DNA of 64,000 nt from an uncultured Chloroflexia bacterium (lineage in GTDB: Bacteria; Chloroflexota; Limnocylindria; Limnocylindrales; CSP1-4). The stretch is from positions 207,130-271,129 of the forward strand of contig CAWDAI010000006.1 of NCBI GenBank assembly GCA_963800275.1, read 5' to 3'. This document shows positions 15,476 through 27,962 of the stretch, piece after piece. The notes below the pieces were generated by a model, which made no database searches, was not told the DNA's origin, and saw only the letters and a program-made list of their open reading frames with translations. Every line of letters starts with the position of its first letter. Positions within the stretch are counted from its first letter, which is position 1. The position numbers were made by a program, and so were the translations under genes.

Positions 15476-17887
15476 TCAGGGCAGGACCTCCAGGTCGACC
15501 CGGCGCTCATCGATCAGCGCCAGGGCATCACTCTCGGCGGCCAGGAAGAGCTGGTAGAAGCCGGGGAACAAGGAGCCGGTGATGTCGGCGGGGATGGTCA
15601 CGCTGAAGGCACCATCGGCGCCTGCCTCGGCGTCCCCCGAAGCCACCACCTCACCCACGGCCGGGTCCAGCAGGAGGTAGCGCATGGCCACCGTCCCGGG
15701 TCCGTCCACGGCCGCCTCGACCACGGCAGCCTCACCCGGCACCACCGGCTCGGCGGTGACGTCCGTGATGGCCAGGGTCGGCGGATCGCCGCGGTAGAAG
15801 TCGCCAGCCGTGAAGGGATAGGTCGGATCCCGGAAGGCGTCCAGCTCGGCGAACTGGGCCGGTGGGTCGAAGCGCTCGAGATAGAAGGGCCCCTGGCTGA
15901 TCACCAGGTGGTCCTTCTCGTCGAACCAGTCCTGCGCCGCCTGGTATCTGGCCATGGCCTCGTCGGGCGTGACCAGCGTGCGGTCGCCGAACTGGAACAC
16001 GCCCGCGGGCACGAAGTCGTCGCGCTCGAACCCGCGCAGCGTGCGATCCACCAGCTGGGCGTCGCGCTTGAGCACGAGCGACAGCCAGGGCACGCTGAAG
16101 CGACTGGCCGCGGTATCGCTGTAGGCCGCTCGCCGCTCGTTGAAGACGAGCTCGTCCATGGCCGCCTTGACCTCCCACGGCATGTCGAAGCCGGTGGGGC
16201 TGGCGTAGGCTGCGATGTAGTCGTCATCGAAGTGCCAGTAGTCGGTATAGACCTCCAGGCGGTCGTCGTCGGTGAGGCGGTAGCCCTTGAACGTCTCCAG
16301 CACCGGTCGTGCGGTCACCGCCAGCGCCGTCTCGATCTTGGCTTTCTCGGGGTCGTAGGCCATGTCGAAACCCTGGGCGATCGAGTAGACCGCGTCGGCC
16401 AGGGTGATGGGCTGGCCGTCGTGCCAGTTCGCGCTCGTGTACTTGGAGTAGTCGAAGGTGACTTTGCTCACGGCGGTCGTGCCGGCCGCCACGGGCACCC
16501 AGGCCTTGGTTTCGACATCCCAGGTGAGGGCATCGGCAGGGACGTCCATGGTGCCGTCCGGCCCCGCGGTCTCGACCTCGTATTCCGCCCGGAACGGCTG
16601 CGGCAGGCCGGTGAAGGGATCGTTCCAGATGGGCGGGTCGGCCAGGTTTCGCCACACGTCCACGGAGTAGACGTCGCCGAATCCGCCGACCGGGTTGTAG
16701 GTGGTGCGCTCTGTCCAGACCCACTGGTGACCGACGCGAACGTCGCCGCTGCCGGGCACGTGCGCCTCGCGCAGGGCCCACGGGTTGCGCGGCCCGGCCA
16801 CGATGTCGGTCGTCAGACCCTCCACGTCGTCGAGCACGGGGAAGCTGTTGTCCACCGTCGCGAGCCAGACCCGGACCGACTCGTCGAGACCGGCCTCGGT
16901 CATGGTGCGGTAGATCTGGTTGCGCTCATCGAGGCTGGTGAACTGCCCGCGATAGAGCGTCTGGCCCAGCTGGTCGAGCTCGTCGTTCTCGTACTGCCAG
17001 AAGCCTTCCTCGCGCCAGCCCGGCATCTGGCCCAGCCAGGGCGCGATGTAGGCGTTGACGGCACCCACGTCGTAGCGACTGGCCGAGCTACGGCCCCAGC
17101 CCTCCGTGTAGATGTGCCACTCGAAGGAGGCAGGGTCCGAGGCGTAGACCTTCTGCAGGGCAGCCGCGAACTGGTCATAGGTGATGGCCACCTCGAAGCC
17201 GGCGGCTTCCAGCTCCGAACGCACGAGGTCCGCGATGTCGCGACGCTCGTCCTCCACGCGACCGATGAGCTTGATGCGGATGGGCTGGCCCTCGTAGTGC
17301 CAGGTGCCATCCACCAGCTCCGCGCCGGCCGCGATCATGGCCTCCGAGATGAGGTCTCGGGCCAGCTCGGGGTCGTAGGTGATGCCTGAGCCACGGTCGA
17401 TGTCGTAGATGGTCAGGAAGTCGGGGTCGCTGGGGCCGACCTGCGTGAGCATGGGCTGCGCCGCCCCGCGGTAGATGTCCTGGGCGATGGCCTCGCGGTT
17501 GACGAGGTACTGCATCGCCTGGCGCACCTCCTTGATGGAAAAGGGGTTCAGTTCGCCTTCGCGTGCAGGGGCCGGGTTGAGGATGAGGTCGACCTGGGTC
17601 GCGGGCGCGTCGATGAGACGGACGCCCTCGGTGCCGCGCAGGTCCTGGGCCGCCTCTGTCTTGAGCCCGAAGAGGTAGAGGTCCATGTTGCCGGCCTCGA
17701 TGTCGAGGGGCGCACGGTCCACGAAGAAGCTGTTGAAGAGGAGGCGGTCGGCCGCCGGGCCGGGCCGGTCGGACGCGGGTTCGCTCGAGTCGTCCTGGGC
17801 CAGGGCCGTCCCCGGCAGCAGGCCGGCCACGAGGGCCAGGCCCAGGGCGAACGTGAGTGTTGCCCGCACGTTGGCGCGTCCGGTCAC
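15476..17887 (-). CDS. ABC transporter substrate-binding protein, family 5 (peptide/oligosaccharide-binding), secreted
   Basis: 803 aa. Signal peptide MTGRANVRATLTFALGLALVAGLLPGTALA. Length and composition fit family-5 solute-binding proteins. Placed upstream of oppBCDF-like genes. Confidence 0.75.
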   Translation of the reverse strand: MTGRANVRATLTFALGLALVAGLLPGTALAQDDSSEPASDRPGPAADRLLFNSFFVDRAPLDIEAGNMDLYLFGLKTEAAQDLRGTEGVRLIDAPATQVDLILNPAPAREGELNPFSIKEVRQAMQYLVNREAIAQDIYRGAAQPMLTQVGPSDPDFLTIYDIDRGSGITYDPELARDLISEAMIAAGAELVDGTWHYEGQPIRIKLIGRVEDERRDIADLVRSELEAAGFEVAITYDQFAAALQKVYASDPASFEWHIYTEGWGRSSASRYDVGAVNAYIAPWLGQMPGWREEGFWQYENDELDQLGQTLYRGQFTSLDERNQIYRTMTEAGLDESVRVWLATVDNSFPVLDDVEGLTTDIVAGPRNPWALREAHVPGSGDVRVGHQWVWTERTTYNPVGGFGDVYSVDVWRNLADPPIWNDPFTGLPQPFRAEYEVETAGPDGTMDVPADALTWDVETKAWVPVAAGTTAVSKVTFDYSKYTSANWHDGQPITLADAVYSIAQGFDMAYDPEKAKIETALAVTARPVLETFKGYRLTDDDRLEVYTDYWHFDDDYIAAYASPTGFDMPWEVKAAMDELVFNERRAAYSDTAASRFSVPWLSLVLKRDAQLVDRTLRGFERDDFVPAGVFQFGDRTLVTPDEAMARYQAAQDWFDEKDHLVISQGPFYLERFDPPAQFAELDAFRDPTYPFTAGDFYRGDPPTLAITDVTAEPVVPGEAAVVEAAVDGPGTVAMRYLLLDPAVGEVVASGDAEAGADGAFSVTIPADITGSLFPGFYQLFLAAESDALALIDERRVDLEVLP

Positions 17888-17890
17888 GAT

Positions 17891-20119
17891 CTACTCCCCG
17901 CTATCCGAGGGCGCTGCGCTCGCCGGTGCTTCCGTCGCACGTGCCCCCTCGCTGCCGTTGCCGGCACCGGCGCTCGACTCCATCTCGTCGATGCGCTGGC
18001 CAAGCTGGTCGAGCATCGTGGCGATGTCGCCGAAGCCGAACTCGGTGAAGAACGACGTGCTGGCGCCATTGCCCGACTCGTCGAAGACGGTGATGGTCTG
18101 GCTGCCCTCGCTGGTGATGGGCATGTAGATGCGGGCGCTGAACTCGCCGTCCATGTTCGTGCGCAGCGTGCTGATGGTGCTGTCGCCGAGCTGGACGTAC
18201 ACGCCCATGTCGGGCTGGAAGGCGAAGCCCTGCAGCGTCACCTCCTGGCCACCGGGACCCGACGGCGGGCTGATGAAGATCTCCGGCGTGTCGATGGCCT
18301 CGATGCGTGCGGTCGCGACCTTCTGGTTGGCCGGGCCGAACTCGCCGAGACGGGCGTCGGACCAGACCAGGTGGACGTCATCCTCGGTCGCGGCCAGGCT
18401 GAAGTAGTCGCCGATGAAGAGGCCATTGGGGAAGGCGTAGTTGGGATTGGAGGGGAAGTCGGTCACCCGGGTGTCACCGACCTGCAGACCCAGCTCCTCG
18501 TTGGTGAAGCCGAAGGTCTGGCCCTGGTCGTCGGAGCGCGTGTAGTAGATGTTGTAGCTCGACTCGGTGGGGCTGTCGCGGAAGTCGCCCCACATGGCGT
18601 GGACCACGCCGTCCGGGCTGACGTCGATCGACGGGAACATCTGCGTATGCTCCGAATCGTCGTCATTGAGCACCTTCGGCCGGGACCAGGTCCCGCCCTT
18701 GTCCATGGAGACGGTGAGGAAGACGTCGCCGTCGTCGCTGGGCTTGTCCGAGGGGCGGCCCACATAGGCCACGTAGACCTCGCCTTCCGGCCCCGTCGCG
18801 ATCTGGGGGAAGGCCGAGGCCCAGAAGCGGAAGTAGTTCGTGCGCGGCCGGAACTCGGGCTCGTTGAAGACCGAGGCCACGACCGGTGTGGACCAGGTGT
18901 CGCCCCCGTCGGTCGAGGAGGCCACCTGGATCTCGGCGATGCCCTTCTGGGAGTCGTCATCGGTACTGTCCATCCAGGCCACGTGCACCGTGCCGTCGGG
19001 CGCGACCGCGGGCTGGCTGCCCTGCACCACGCGCAACGTGCCCACCACGCCGGGCGCACCGCTGCCATCGCCGGTCTCACCGTACGCTCGGCGCACGACC
19101 GGGCTCACGGCCACCGGATCGGTCCAGGTCAGGCCGCCGTCCTCGGACTTGACCAGCTCGATGCTGGTGCGCATCTCGGTCGGCAGCAGGTTGGGGATCT
19201 CACCGATATAGAGGATCTCGTAGCTGATGTCGAAGTTGGTGTAGGTGACGTAGAGCACGTCCTGCTCCGAACCGTCGACGCTGGGTCCGGAGGCCATCCA
19301 GGGCTTGTCCAGGAAGCTCATATCCACCGTGCCGCGGAGGCGCCCGAACCGGTCGCTCTCCAGGCCGTCGGTGTTGACCCGGCTGCGCGCCGAAGAGATC
19401 TGGATGGGCCAGGTGTAGCCCTCGTCCTCCGACTTGGCCACGGCGATGCTCGAGACCTGTGCCGAGACCTCGATGGGACCGAGGTTGAAGTCATCGACGC
19501 CGATGGAGATGTAGGCGAGGTAGACGTTGCCATCGCGGTCGAAGGCCACGACCGGGTCACCGCCCGAGCCAAGGTCCTCGGTCAGGTAGGGCACCTGGTT
19601 GGGGCCGTCCCAGCGCTCGCCGCCGTCGAAGCTGACGTACGTGGACATCGACGGGAAGGCGTAGTCGATGACGCCCAGCAGGAGGTGCTGCGGATCCTCC
19701 GGATCGGCCTCGATCATGGGTTCGGTCTGGAAAGGGATGTTGCTGTAGTCGCGTGTTACCAGCAGGTTGCGCGAGAAGGCGGGGCCTGGATCGCGATAGG
19801 GGACCGGCGCGCCTGCGCCGGCCGCCTGGGTGCGCACGTCGCTGCTGAGGTCAGAACCGGTCCAGGGGTCGTAGGTGGGCATGTCGCCGGCACCCGGATC
19901 GACGCCTTTGGTGGCCAGCCACGACGGGCCGGAAAGGAACTGGCTGGCAGGTCCCAGCAGGTCGGCAGGAGATGCACCCAGCAGCCCGATGACGTTGGAG
20001 GGATCCTGGCCCAGCGAGCCCTCTCCTTCTTCTCCCGCGGCGACCGGGAAGGCCAGGCTCAGCACGAACGTGAGGGACGTACCCAGCACGAGCGGCCAGG
20101 CGGATCGGGATGCGGACAT
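17891..20119 (-). CDS. Secreted BNR/Asp-box repeat beta-propeller protein (sialidase/glycosyl-hydrolase-like)
   Basis: Signal peptide. Repeated SxDxGxTW Asp-box motifs (SEDEGYTWP, SEDGGLTWTDP, STDGGDTWSTP, SMDKGGTWSRP, SDDQGQTF). Ends 4 nt upstream of the SBP gene on the same strand. Confidence 0.7.
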   Translation of the reverse strand: MSASRSAWPLVLGTSLTFVLSLAFPVAAGEEGEGSLGQDPSNVIGLLGASPADLLGPASQFLSGPSWLATKGVDPGAGDMPTYDPWTGSDLSSDVRTQAAGAGAPVPYRDPGPAFSRNLLVTRDYSNIPFQTEPMIEADPEDPQHLLLGVIDYAFPSMSTYVSFDGGERWDGPNQVPYLTEDLGSGGDPVVAFDRDGNVYLAYISIGVDDFNLGPIEVSAQVSSIAVAKSEDEGYTWPIQISSARSRVNTDGLESDRFGRLRGTVDMSFLDKPWMASGPSVDGSEQDVLYVTYTNFDISYEILYIGEIPNLLPTEMRTSIELVKSEDGGLTWTDPVAVSPVVRRAYGETGDGSGAPGVVGTLRVVQGSQPAVAPDGTVHVAWMDSTDDDSQKGIAEIQVASSTDGGDTWSTPVVASVFNEPEFRPRTNYFRFWASAFPQIATGPEGEVYVAYVGRPSDKPSDDGDVFLTVSMDKGGTWSRPKVLNDDDSEHTQMFPSIDVSPDGVVHAMWGDFRDSPTESSYNIYYTRSDDQGQTFGFTNEELGLQVGDTRVTDFPSNPNYAFPNGLFIGDYFSLAATEDDVHLVWSDARLGEFGPANQKVATARIEAIDTPEIFISPPSGPGGQEVTLQGFAFQPDMGVYVQLGDSTISTLRTNMDGEFSARIYMPITSEGSQTITVFDESGNGASTSFFTEFGFGDIATMLDQLGQRIDEMESSAGAGNGSEGARATEAPASAAPSDSGE

Positions 20120-20167
20120 CGTTCTCCTTGTCGAAGTGGGTGGGGCGGCGGCCTGAAGGTCAGTGAC

Positions 20168-20758
20168 TCAGCGCACGCGATCGAGGATGGTCAGCAGGCT
20201 GTCCAGCCGGTTGGCCACGGACATGAGCACTTCCGAGCGGAATTCTTCCATGGACGAATCGAAGGCGTTGGCGCCGGTCTCCACATAGGCATCGGTGTAG
20301 GCCTGCACGGAGTCGTAGTCGCCGAAGCGCCAGTCCAGGAACGTGGGCACCGCGTCATCGAGGCGCTTGACGATCCGGCCCAGTCCGGCCGGATCGGACG
20401 CGAGCGCAAGGTCGCGGATACGGGCCAGCTGGGCCTCGGCTTCCGGACGCGTCTCCGGCAGCGCCTTGCGTAGCTCCACGAGCAACTGGCGATCCGCTTC
20501 CAGCGGCGAGTACAGCTTATCGAAACGGTCGAGCGACTTGCGCAGCTGGTCTCGCTCCTGCTCCAGCTGGCTGACCGTCTGCTGCAGGCTGCTGTTGTCC
20601 GCGCGCAGCTCCTCCACCGTGGGGGCAGAGCCTTCCAGCTCGGCACGCTCGGCATCGGTGGCAGTAGCGGTGAGCGCAGGCAGGGACATGGCCGTCGCGA
20701 GGACCACGGCGGTGACGAACCCACGTACGGGCGGGCGGGCGGACTCCTTCGTCAGCAT
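20168..20758 (-). CDS. Hypothetical secreted coiled-coil protein
   Basis: Internal ATG at ~20758 gives MLTKESARPPVRGFVTAVVLATAMSLPALTA (signal-like). Heptad-like, charged helix-rich remainder. Confidence 0.4.
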   Translation of the reverse strand: MLTKESARPPVRGFVTAVVLATAMSLPALTATATDAERAELEGSAPTVEELRADNSSLQQTVSQLEQERDQLRKSLDRFDKLYSPLEADRQLLVELRKALPETRPEAEAQLARIRDLALASDPAGLGRIVKRLDDAVPTFLDWRFGDYDSVQAYTDAYVETGANAFDSSMEEFRSEVLMSVANRLDSLLTILDRVR

Positions 20759-20915
20759 CGGTCGAGGCACCTCTCCGGTTGTGCTGCCGGGTTGGGCATC
20801 CCGGGATCGCAGGGGGCATCGCGCAGTGCGCCACTCCCTGATTGCGGTGGAGCCTACACCCTGCCTTGAGAGTGCGCCATCTCGCGTGTCACGCTTCGAT
20901 GACAGCGCCCGGTCG

Positions 20916-21302
20916 TCAGTCGCGGAAGGCCGGCCGCAGCACCAGCACGACCAGGCCGAGTGACGCGACGATGATCGACCCGTCGAAGGCGGCAGGATCG
21001 TCGAGGCCCAGGTCGAGAGCATCGACGTAGAGCATCACGCCGAGCATGAACGTGGCCAGCGTCAGGCCCGCCCACAAGGTGATGGCCAGGTCGAAGCGCC
21101 TTCGGACGGTCATCAGCAGGCCGCTCAGCACGAGCACCGCCGGGAAGAGCCAGCCGGTCGGGAAGAGGGATGACTCCAGGTCGGCCAGGAAGAAGGCGCT
21201 GCCGAGCAGCAAGCCCAGCGCCAGGAAGGCGAGGCCGGTGGCGGTGAGCACCACCGTGGAGGCCGGTGGGGAAGTCGGTCGCTGCGGGCTGGCTGCGGTC
21301 AT
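20916..21302 (-). CDS. Hypothetical small membrane protein
   Basis: Three or four hydrophobic segments (LTATGLAFLALGLLLGSAFFLADL, LFPAVLVLSGLLMTV, LATFMLGVMLYV). No recognizable motif. Confidence 0.35.
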   Translation of the reverse strand: MTAASPQRPTSPPASTVVLTATGLAFLALGLLLGSAFFLADLESSLFPTGWLFPAVLVLSGLLMTVRRRFDLAITLWAGLTLATFMLGVMLYVDALDLGLDDPAAFDGSIIVASLGLVVLVLRPAFRD

Positions 21303-21349
21303 CGCGCCTATCCTATCGACCCATCCGCACACCGCCTCGGAGCTCGCCG

Positions 21350-22651
21350 ATGCCTGCCCTACCGTCCCGCCTGGTTCGCCTCCTCACGTTGGCCGTGCTG
21401 CTCGTGGCCGCGACCACCTCCGCCGCCTCGGCCCAGCAGCCATCCGGGTCGGTCTCGTTCATGGTCTTCGGCGATCCCGCCGAGCTGGCTGCGTACCAGG
21501 CCCTGGTCGGGGCCTTCGAAGAGCAGCAGCCGGACATCGACGTGCAGCTGATCCACATCCCCAGCACGTCCGACTATCGGGCCCGCCTGGGGGCCGACTT
21601 CGCGGCCGGCGATCCCGCCGACGTGGTCCTCGTCAACTATCGCCGCTATGCACCGTTCGCGGCGATGGGCGTGCTGGAGCCGCTGGCACCCTACCTGCGC
21701 GCGAGCGATGTCATCAGCGCGGGCGATCTCTACCAGGTCGCCACGGAGCCCTTCACGTGGCGCGGCCAGCTCATGTGCATCCCCCAGAACATCAGCAGCC
21801 TGGTGGTCTACTACGACCGTGACCTCTTCGCCGCCGCGGGTCTGCCCTATCCGACCGATGGCTGGACCTGGGACGAATTCCTGGCGGCCGCGAAGGCCCT
21901 GACCCGTGACCTCGATGGTGACGGCACGACCGACCAGTACGGGGTCGGCATCGAGCCCTCCATCTTCCGCTTGGCGCCGTTCGTGTGGGCCAACGGCGGG
22001 GAGCTGGTGGTGCTCGAGTCCGGCCAGCGGCCGATCCGGCTGGCGCTCGACTCACGAGCCTCGCGCGAAGCGGTCGAGTGGTTCGTGGCCCTGCAGACCG
22101 AACACGGCGTGGTGCCGGATGCGCTGGCCGCGGCGGCACGAGACGATGCCAGTCGCTTCCTCGATGGCACCACGGCCATGTACTTCGACAGCCGGCGCTT
22201 CACGCCCACCGCGCGCACGATCGAATCCTTCGCCTGGGACGTGGCGGCATTACCGGTGGGACAGGAGCGTGCGGGCATCCTCCACTCGGACGCCTATTGC
22301 ATGGCTGCGGCGGCCGAGGACAAGGGCGCGGCCTGGGCCTTCATCGAGTTCGCCAACTCGCCCGAGGGCCAGGCCATCGTGGCGCGCAGCGGCCGGACGG
22401 TGCCCTCGCTGCGCGCGGTAGCCGAGTCGGATGCCTTCCTCGATCCGGCCGCGAGCCCGGCCAATTCGCGCGTCTGGCTCGACACCATCGACTCGCTGCG
22501 CGGCGTGCCGGTGATCGCCGGCTGGGTGGATGTGGAAGAGCTTACGGGCGACGAGCTGGAACGCGCCTTCTATGGACAGGTCGGGGTGGATGAGGCCATC
22601 GATGCGATGGTCGCGCGGACGTTGCCTTTCTTCGCCGGTGAGGAAGGCTAG
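21350..22651 (+). CDS. Sugar ABC transporter substrate-binding protein (family 1 extracellular SBP)
   Basis: Signal peptide MPALPSRLVRLLTLAVLLVAATTSAASA. Overall pattern matches MalE/UgpB-like SBPs. Followed by two MalFG-type permeases. Confidence 0.75.
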   Translation: MPALPSRLVRLLTLAVLLVAATTSAASAQQPSGSVSFMVFGDPAELAAYQALVGAFEEQQPDIDVQLIHIPSTSDYRARLGADFAAGDPADVVLVNYRRYAPFAAMGVLEPLAPYLRASDVISAGDLYQVATEPFTWRGQLMCIPQNISSLVVYYDRDLFAAAGLPYPTDGWTWDEFLAAAKALTRDLDGDGTTDQYGVGIEPSIFRLAPFVWANGGELVVLESGQRPIRLALDSRASREAVEWFVALQTEHGVVPDALAAAARDDASRFLDGTTAMYFDSRRFTPTARTIESFAWDVAALPVGQERAGILHSDAYCMAAAAEDKGAAWAFIEFANSPEGQAIVARSGRTVPSLRAVAESDAFLDPAASPANSRVWLDTIDSLRGVPVIAGWVDVEELTGDELERAFYGQVGVDEAIDAMVARTLPFFAGEEG

Positions 22652-22681
22652 GGGCGCGGTCCTGATGCCGCTTCCGCACCG

Positions 22682-23566
22682 GTGAGGCGCTCCTCGGTCT
22701 CGTGGCGGTCCCGCCTGTGGGTCATGCTCCTGCCCTACCTCGTGGGCAGCCTGCTGCTGGTAGGCCTGCCGGCACTCCTCTCGGCGGTGCTGGCCTTCAC
22801 CAGCTACGACGCCCTGCGCCCGCCGGTGTTCGCGGGCTTCGCCAACTTCCGGCTGCTGGCCGCTGACCCCGTCGTGGGCACGGCGCTGCGCAACACGCTC
22901 TTCTTCATCGTCCTGGCCGTGCCCCTGCGCATCGCGGGCGCCCTGGGCCTGGCCCTGTTGCTGTCGCGTCCGCGCCGAGGCGCCACCGGCTATCGGGCGG
23001 CTGTCTATGTGCCCACCGTCATCCCCGACGTGGCCTTCGCGCTCATCTGGCTCTGGATCTTCAACCCCGTCTTCGGACCCGTCAACGTGGCGCTGGAGGC
23101 GGTGGGTCTGCCTGCGCCCGGCTGGCTGGCGGATGCGGACACGGCGCGGTTCCCCTTCGTGGTCATGGCCGCCTTCGTCATCGGCGAGGGCTTCGTGGTG
23201 CTGCTGGCGGCCCTGCGCGGGCTGTCGCGGGAGATCTTCGACGCAGCGGCCGTGGACGGAGCCGGGCGCTGGGCGTCGTTCCGCCATCTGACGTTCCCCC
23301 TCTTGCTGCCGTGGCTCGCGCTGCTCAGCGCCAGGGACGTCGTGCTCAGCTTCCAGTGGACGTTCACGCCCTCATACGTGATGACCGGCGGCGATCCCTA
23401 CTACGCCACGATGTTCCTGCCGCTGGTGACCTACGAGGAGGCCTTCGACCGCTTTCGCTTCGGAGCCGGATCGGCGCTGATGCTGGTGACGTTCCTGCTC
23501 TCGGTGCTGATCATCGGGGGTCTCTACCTGCTGTTCCGTCGTCGCGGATACGTGGCCGATGTCTGA
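22682..23566 (+). CDS. Sugar ABC transporter permease (MalF/UgpA-like)
   Basis: Six TM helices. Conserved EAAAVDGAGRWASFRHLTFPLL segment (the EAA loop of binding-protein-dependent permeases). Confidence 0.8.
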   Translation: MRRSSVSWRSRLWVMLLPYLVGSLLLVGLPALLSAVLAFTSYDALRPPVFAGFANFRLLAADPVVGTALRNTLFFIVLAVPLRIAGALGLALLLSRPRRGATGYRAAVYVPTVIPDVAFALIWLWIFNPVFGPVNVALEAVGLPAPGWLADADTARFPFVVMAAFVIGEGFVVLLAALRGLSREIFDAAAVDGAGRWASFRHLTFPLLLPWLALLSARDVVLSFQWTFTPSYVMTGGDPYYATMFLPLVTYEEAFDRFRFGAGSALMLVTFLLSVLIIGGLYLLFRRRGYVADV

Positions 23567-24392
23567 GCGGGCCGATCCACGCGGCGGATGGCTGAGCGTG
23601 CATCTGCTCCCGCTGCTGGTGGCGGCGGTCTTCCTGCTGCCGCTGCTGTGGATGATCACGGCCTCGCTGCGGGGGCCGGGGCTGGCGCCGCCCTCGACCA
23701 TCGAGTGGCTGCCCCCGGGGGCCACGCCCGCCAACTACGGGACGGTCTTCGAGCTGCTGCCGTTCGGGCGCTACCTGCTCAACTCGCTGGCGGTCGTGGC
23801 GCTGGCGGTACCACTCACGGTGATCACCGCGTCGATGGCGGGCTTCGCCATGGCCCTGCTGGACCGGCACGTTCGGGGCGCCCTGGTGGTGCTCTCGGTG
23901 GCCTTGCTGCTGGTGCCGGTGACGGCGCTCTGGCTGACCCGCTTCCTGCTCTTCAGCTGGATCGGTCTCACGGACACCTTGGTGGCCCTGGTCGTGCCCG
24001 CGCTGGCCGGCTCGAGCCCGCTCTTCGTGCTCATCTACTACTGGACCTTCCGGCGAGCCAACGCCGAGGTCTTCGAGATGGCTCATCTCGACGGCGCTGG
24101 TCCGCTGGACGTGTGGCGGCGCGTGGCCATGCCCAACGCCTGGCCCTCCACGGTGGCGGTGGCCGTGCTTACGTTCATCCTCTATTGGAACGACTTCATC
24201 AGCCCGCTGCTCTACCTGCGTGACCAGGACCTCTACACGCTGCCGCTGGGACTGCGGCAGCTCCAGCAGCTCGATCCCACGGGCTGGCCGGTGATGATGG
24301 CCGGGGCGGTCATGCTGACGCTGCCGGCAGTGCTCTTCTTCCTCGTCGTCGGCCGACTCTTCCTCGGCCAGCGCGGCTGGGAGCGCGACTAG
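23559..24392 (+). CDS. Sugar ABC transporter permease (MalG/UgpE-like)
   Basis: EAA-loop-like EMAHLDGAGPLDVWRRVAMPN. TM-rich. Overlaps the previous permease by 8 nt. Confidence 0.8.
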   Translation: MSERADPRGGWLSVHLLPLLVAAVFLLPLLWMITASLRGPGLAPPSTIEWLPPGATPANYGTVFELLPFGRYLLNSLAVVALAVPLTVITASMAGFAMALLDRHVRGALVVLSVALLLVPVTALWLTRFLLFSWIGLTDTLVALVVPALAGSSPLFVLIYYWTFRRANAEVFEMAHLDGAGPLDVWRRVAMPNAWPSTVAVAVLTFILYWNDFISPLLYLRDQDLYTLPLGLRQLQQLDPTGWPVMMAGAVMLTLPAVLFFLVVGRLFLGQRGWERD

Positions 24393-24596
24393 CCAAGGAC
24401 CCAGCACACCGGTGCCGGCACCCGACTTCCAGGCCCTGCTGGGCAGGTGCAAGGAAGCCGTAATCGCCCACGGGGCTTCGGCGATGCGAGCGTAGCCGCC
24501 GCGGCGCTGGACTGGTGGCATGAACGGCATCGATCCGGCCGGCCGCGGCCGCCTCTCTACGGTTCCCGCAACGTGGGGCTGATCGACCTCAACGCC

Positions 24597-25166
24597 ATGC
24601 TCCGGACGCTGGCCGTCGGCGCTATCGCCTACGTCGCCCTCGTGGCCATGCTGCGGGTATCGGGCAAACGGACGCTCTCGCAGCTGAACGCGTTCGACCT
24701 CGTCGTCACCGTCGCGCTCGGCTCGACGCTGGCTACGATCCTGCTCTCGGACGACACCGGCCTGGCGCAGGGGCTCGTGGCGTTCGCCTTGTTGATCGCA
24801 CTCCAGTTCCTCATCACGTGGAGCTCGCTGCGCTCACGGAAGGTCGCGCGATTGGCCAAGTCGGAGCCCACGATGCTGGTCTTGCGCGGCGAGCTGCTCA
24901 CCGAGGCGCTGCGTCGGGAGCGCCTGCTGCTCAGCGAGGTGGAAGCGGCCCTGCGGCAGCACGGCTTGGCCACGGTGGACGAGGCGGCCCTGGTCACGCT
25001 CGAGACGGACGGCTCGATCTCGGTGGTTCCGCACCTCGCGCCCGAGACGGCCCGCAGACTCGAGGATGGCCTTGTCGCCCGCGGCCCCGGCACCGCTGCT
25101 TCGAGACCGGGGCAGTCGCCATCGACGTGGAACGACCCTACGGTTACCGAGGACCGGGCCGATTGA
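24597..25166 (+). CDS. DUF421/YetF-like membrane protein
   Basis: N-terminal two TM segments, then GKRTLSQLNAFDLVVTVALGSTLA, typical of the YetF/DUF421 family. Start chosen at the internal ATG (MLRTLAVGAIAYV). Confidence 0.55.
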   Translation: MLRTLAVGAIAYVALVAMLRVSGKRTLSQLNAFDLVVTVALGSTLATILLSDDTGLAQGLVAFALLIALQFLITWSSLRSRKVARLAKSEPTMLVLRGELLTEALRRERLLLSEVEAALRQHGLATVDEAALVTLETDGSISVVPHLAPETARRLEDGLVARGPGTAASRPGQSPSTWNDPTVTEDRAD

Positions 25167-27787
<2,621 letters not shown>

Positions 27788-27962
27788 GCGCAGTGAGACG
27801 TCACCGCGGGTCGGGTGGTTCCCGGCGAGATGGTGCGATCGCAAGGGCGACGGCATCGGGAACGGCGACAGGCGGCAAAGGACAGGGACGCGGCCGGCTG
27901 CCCGTACAATGGTGGCCCATCCCCCAGTCGCAACGAATCAACCTCCGGAGGCGGCCAGACCC

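Noticed and set aside
14627-17389. 920-aa + strand ORF
   Set aside because: Antisense shadow of the SBP/oppB genes. Arg/Gly/Asp/His-rich low-complexity translation typical of 70% GC DNA. The opposite strand has clear ABC-transporter homology.
18371-20473. 700-aa + strand ORF
   Set aside because: Antisense to the BNR-repeat gene. Low-complexity (GRDHA-rich) translation with no motifs.
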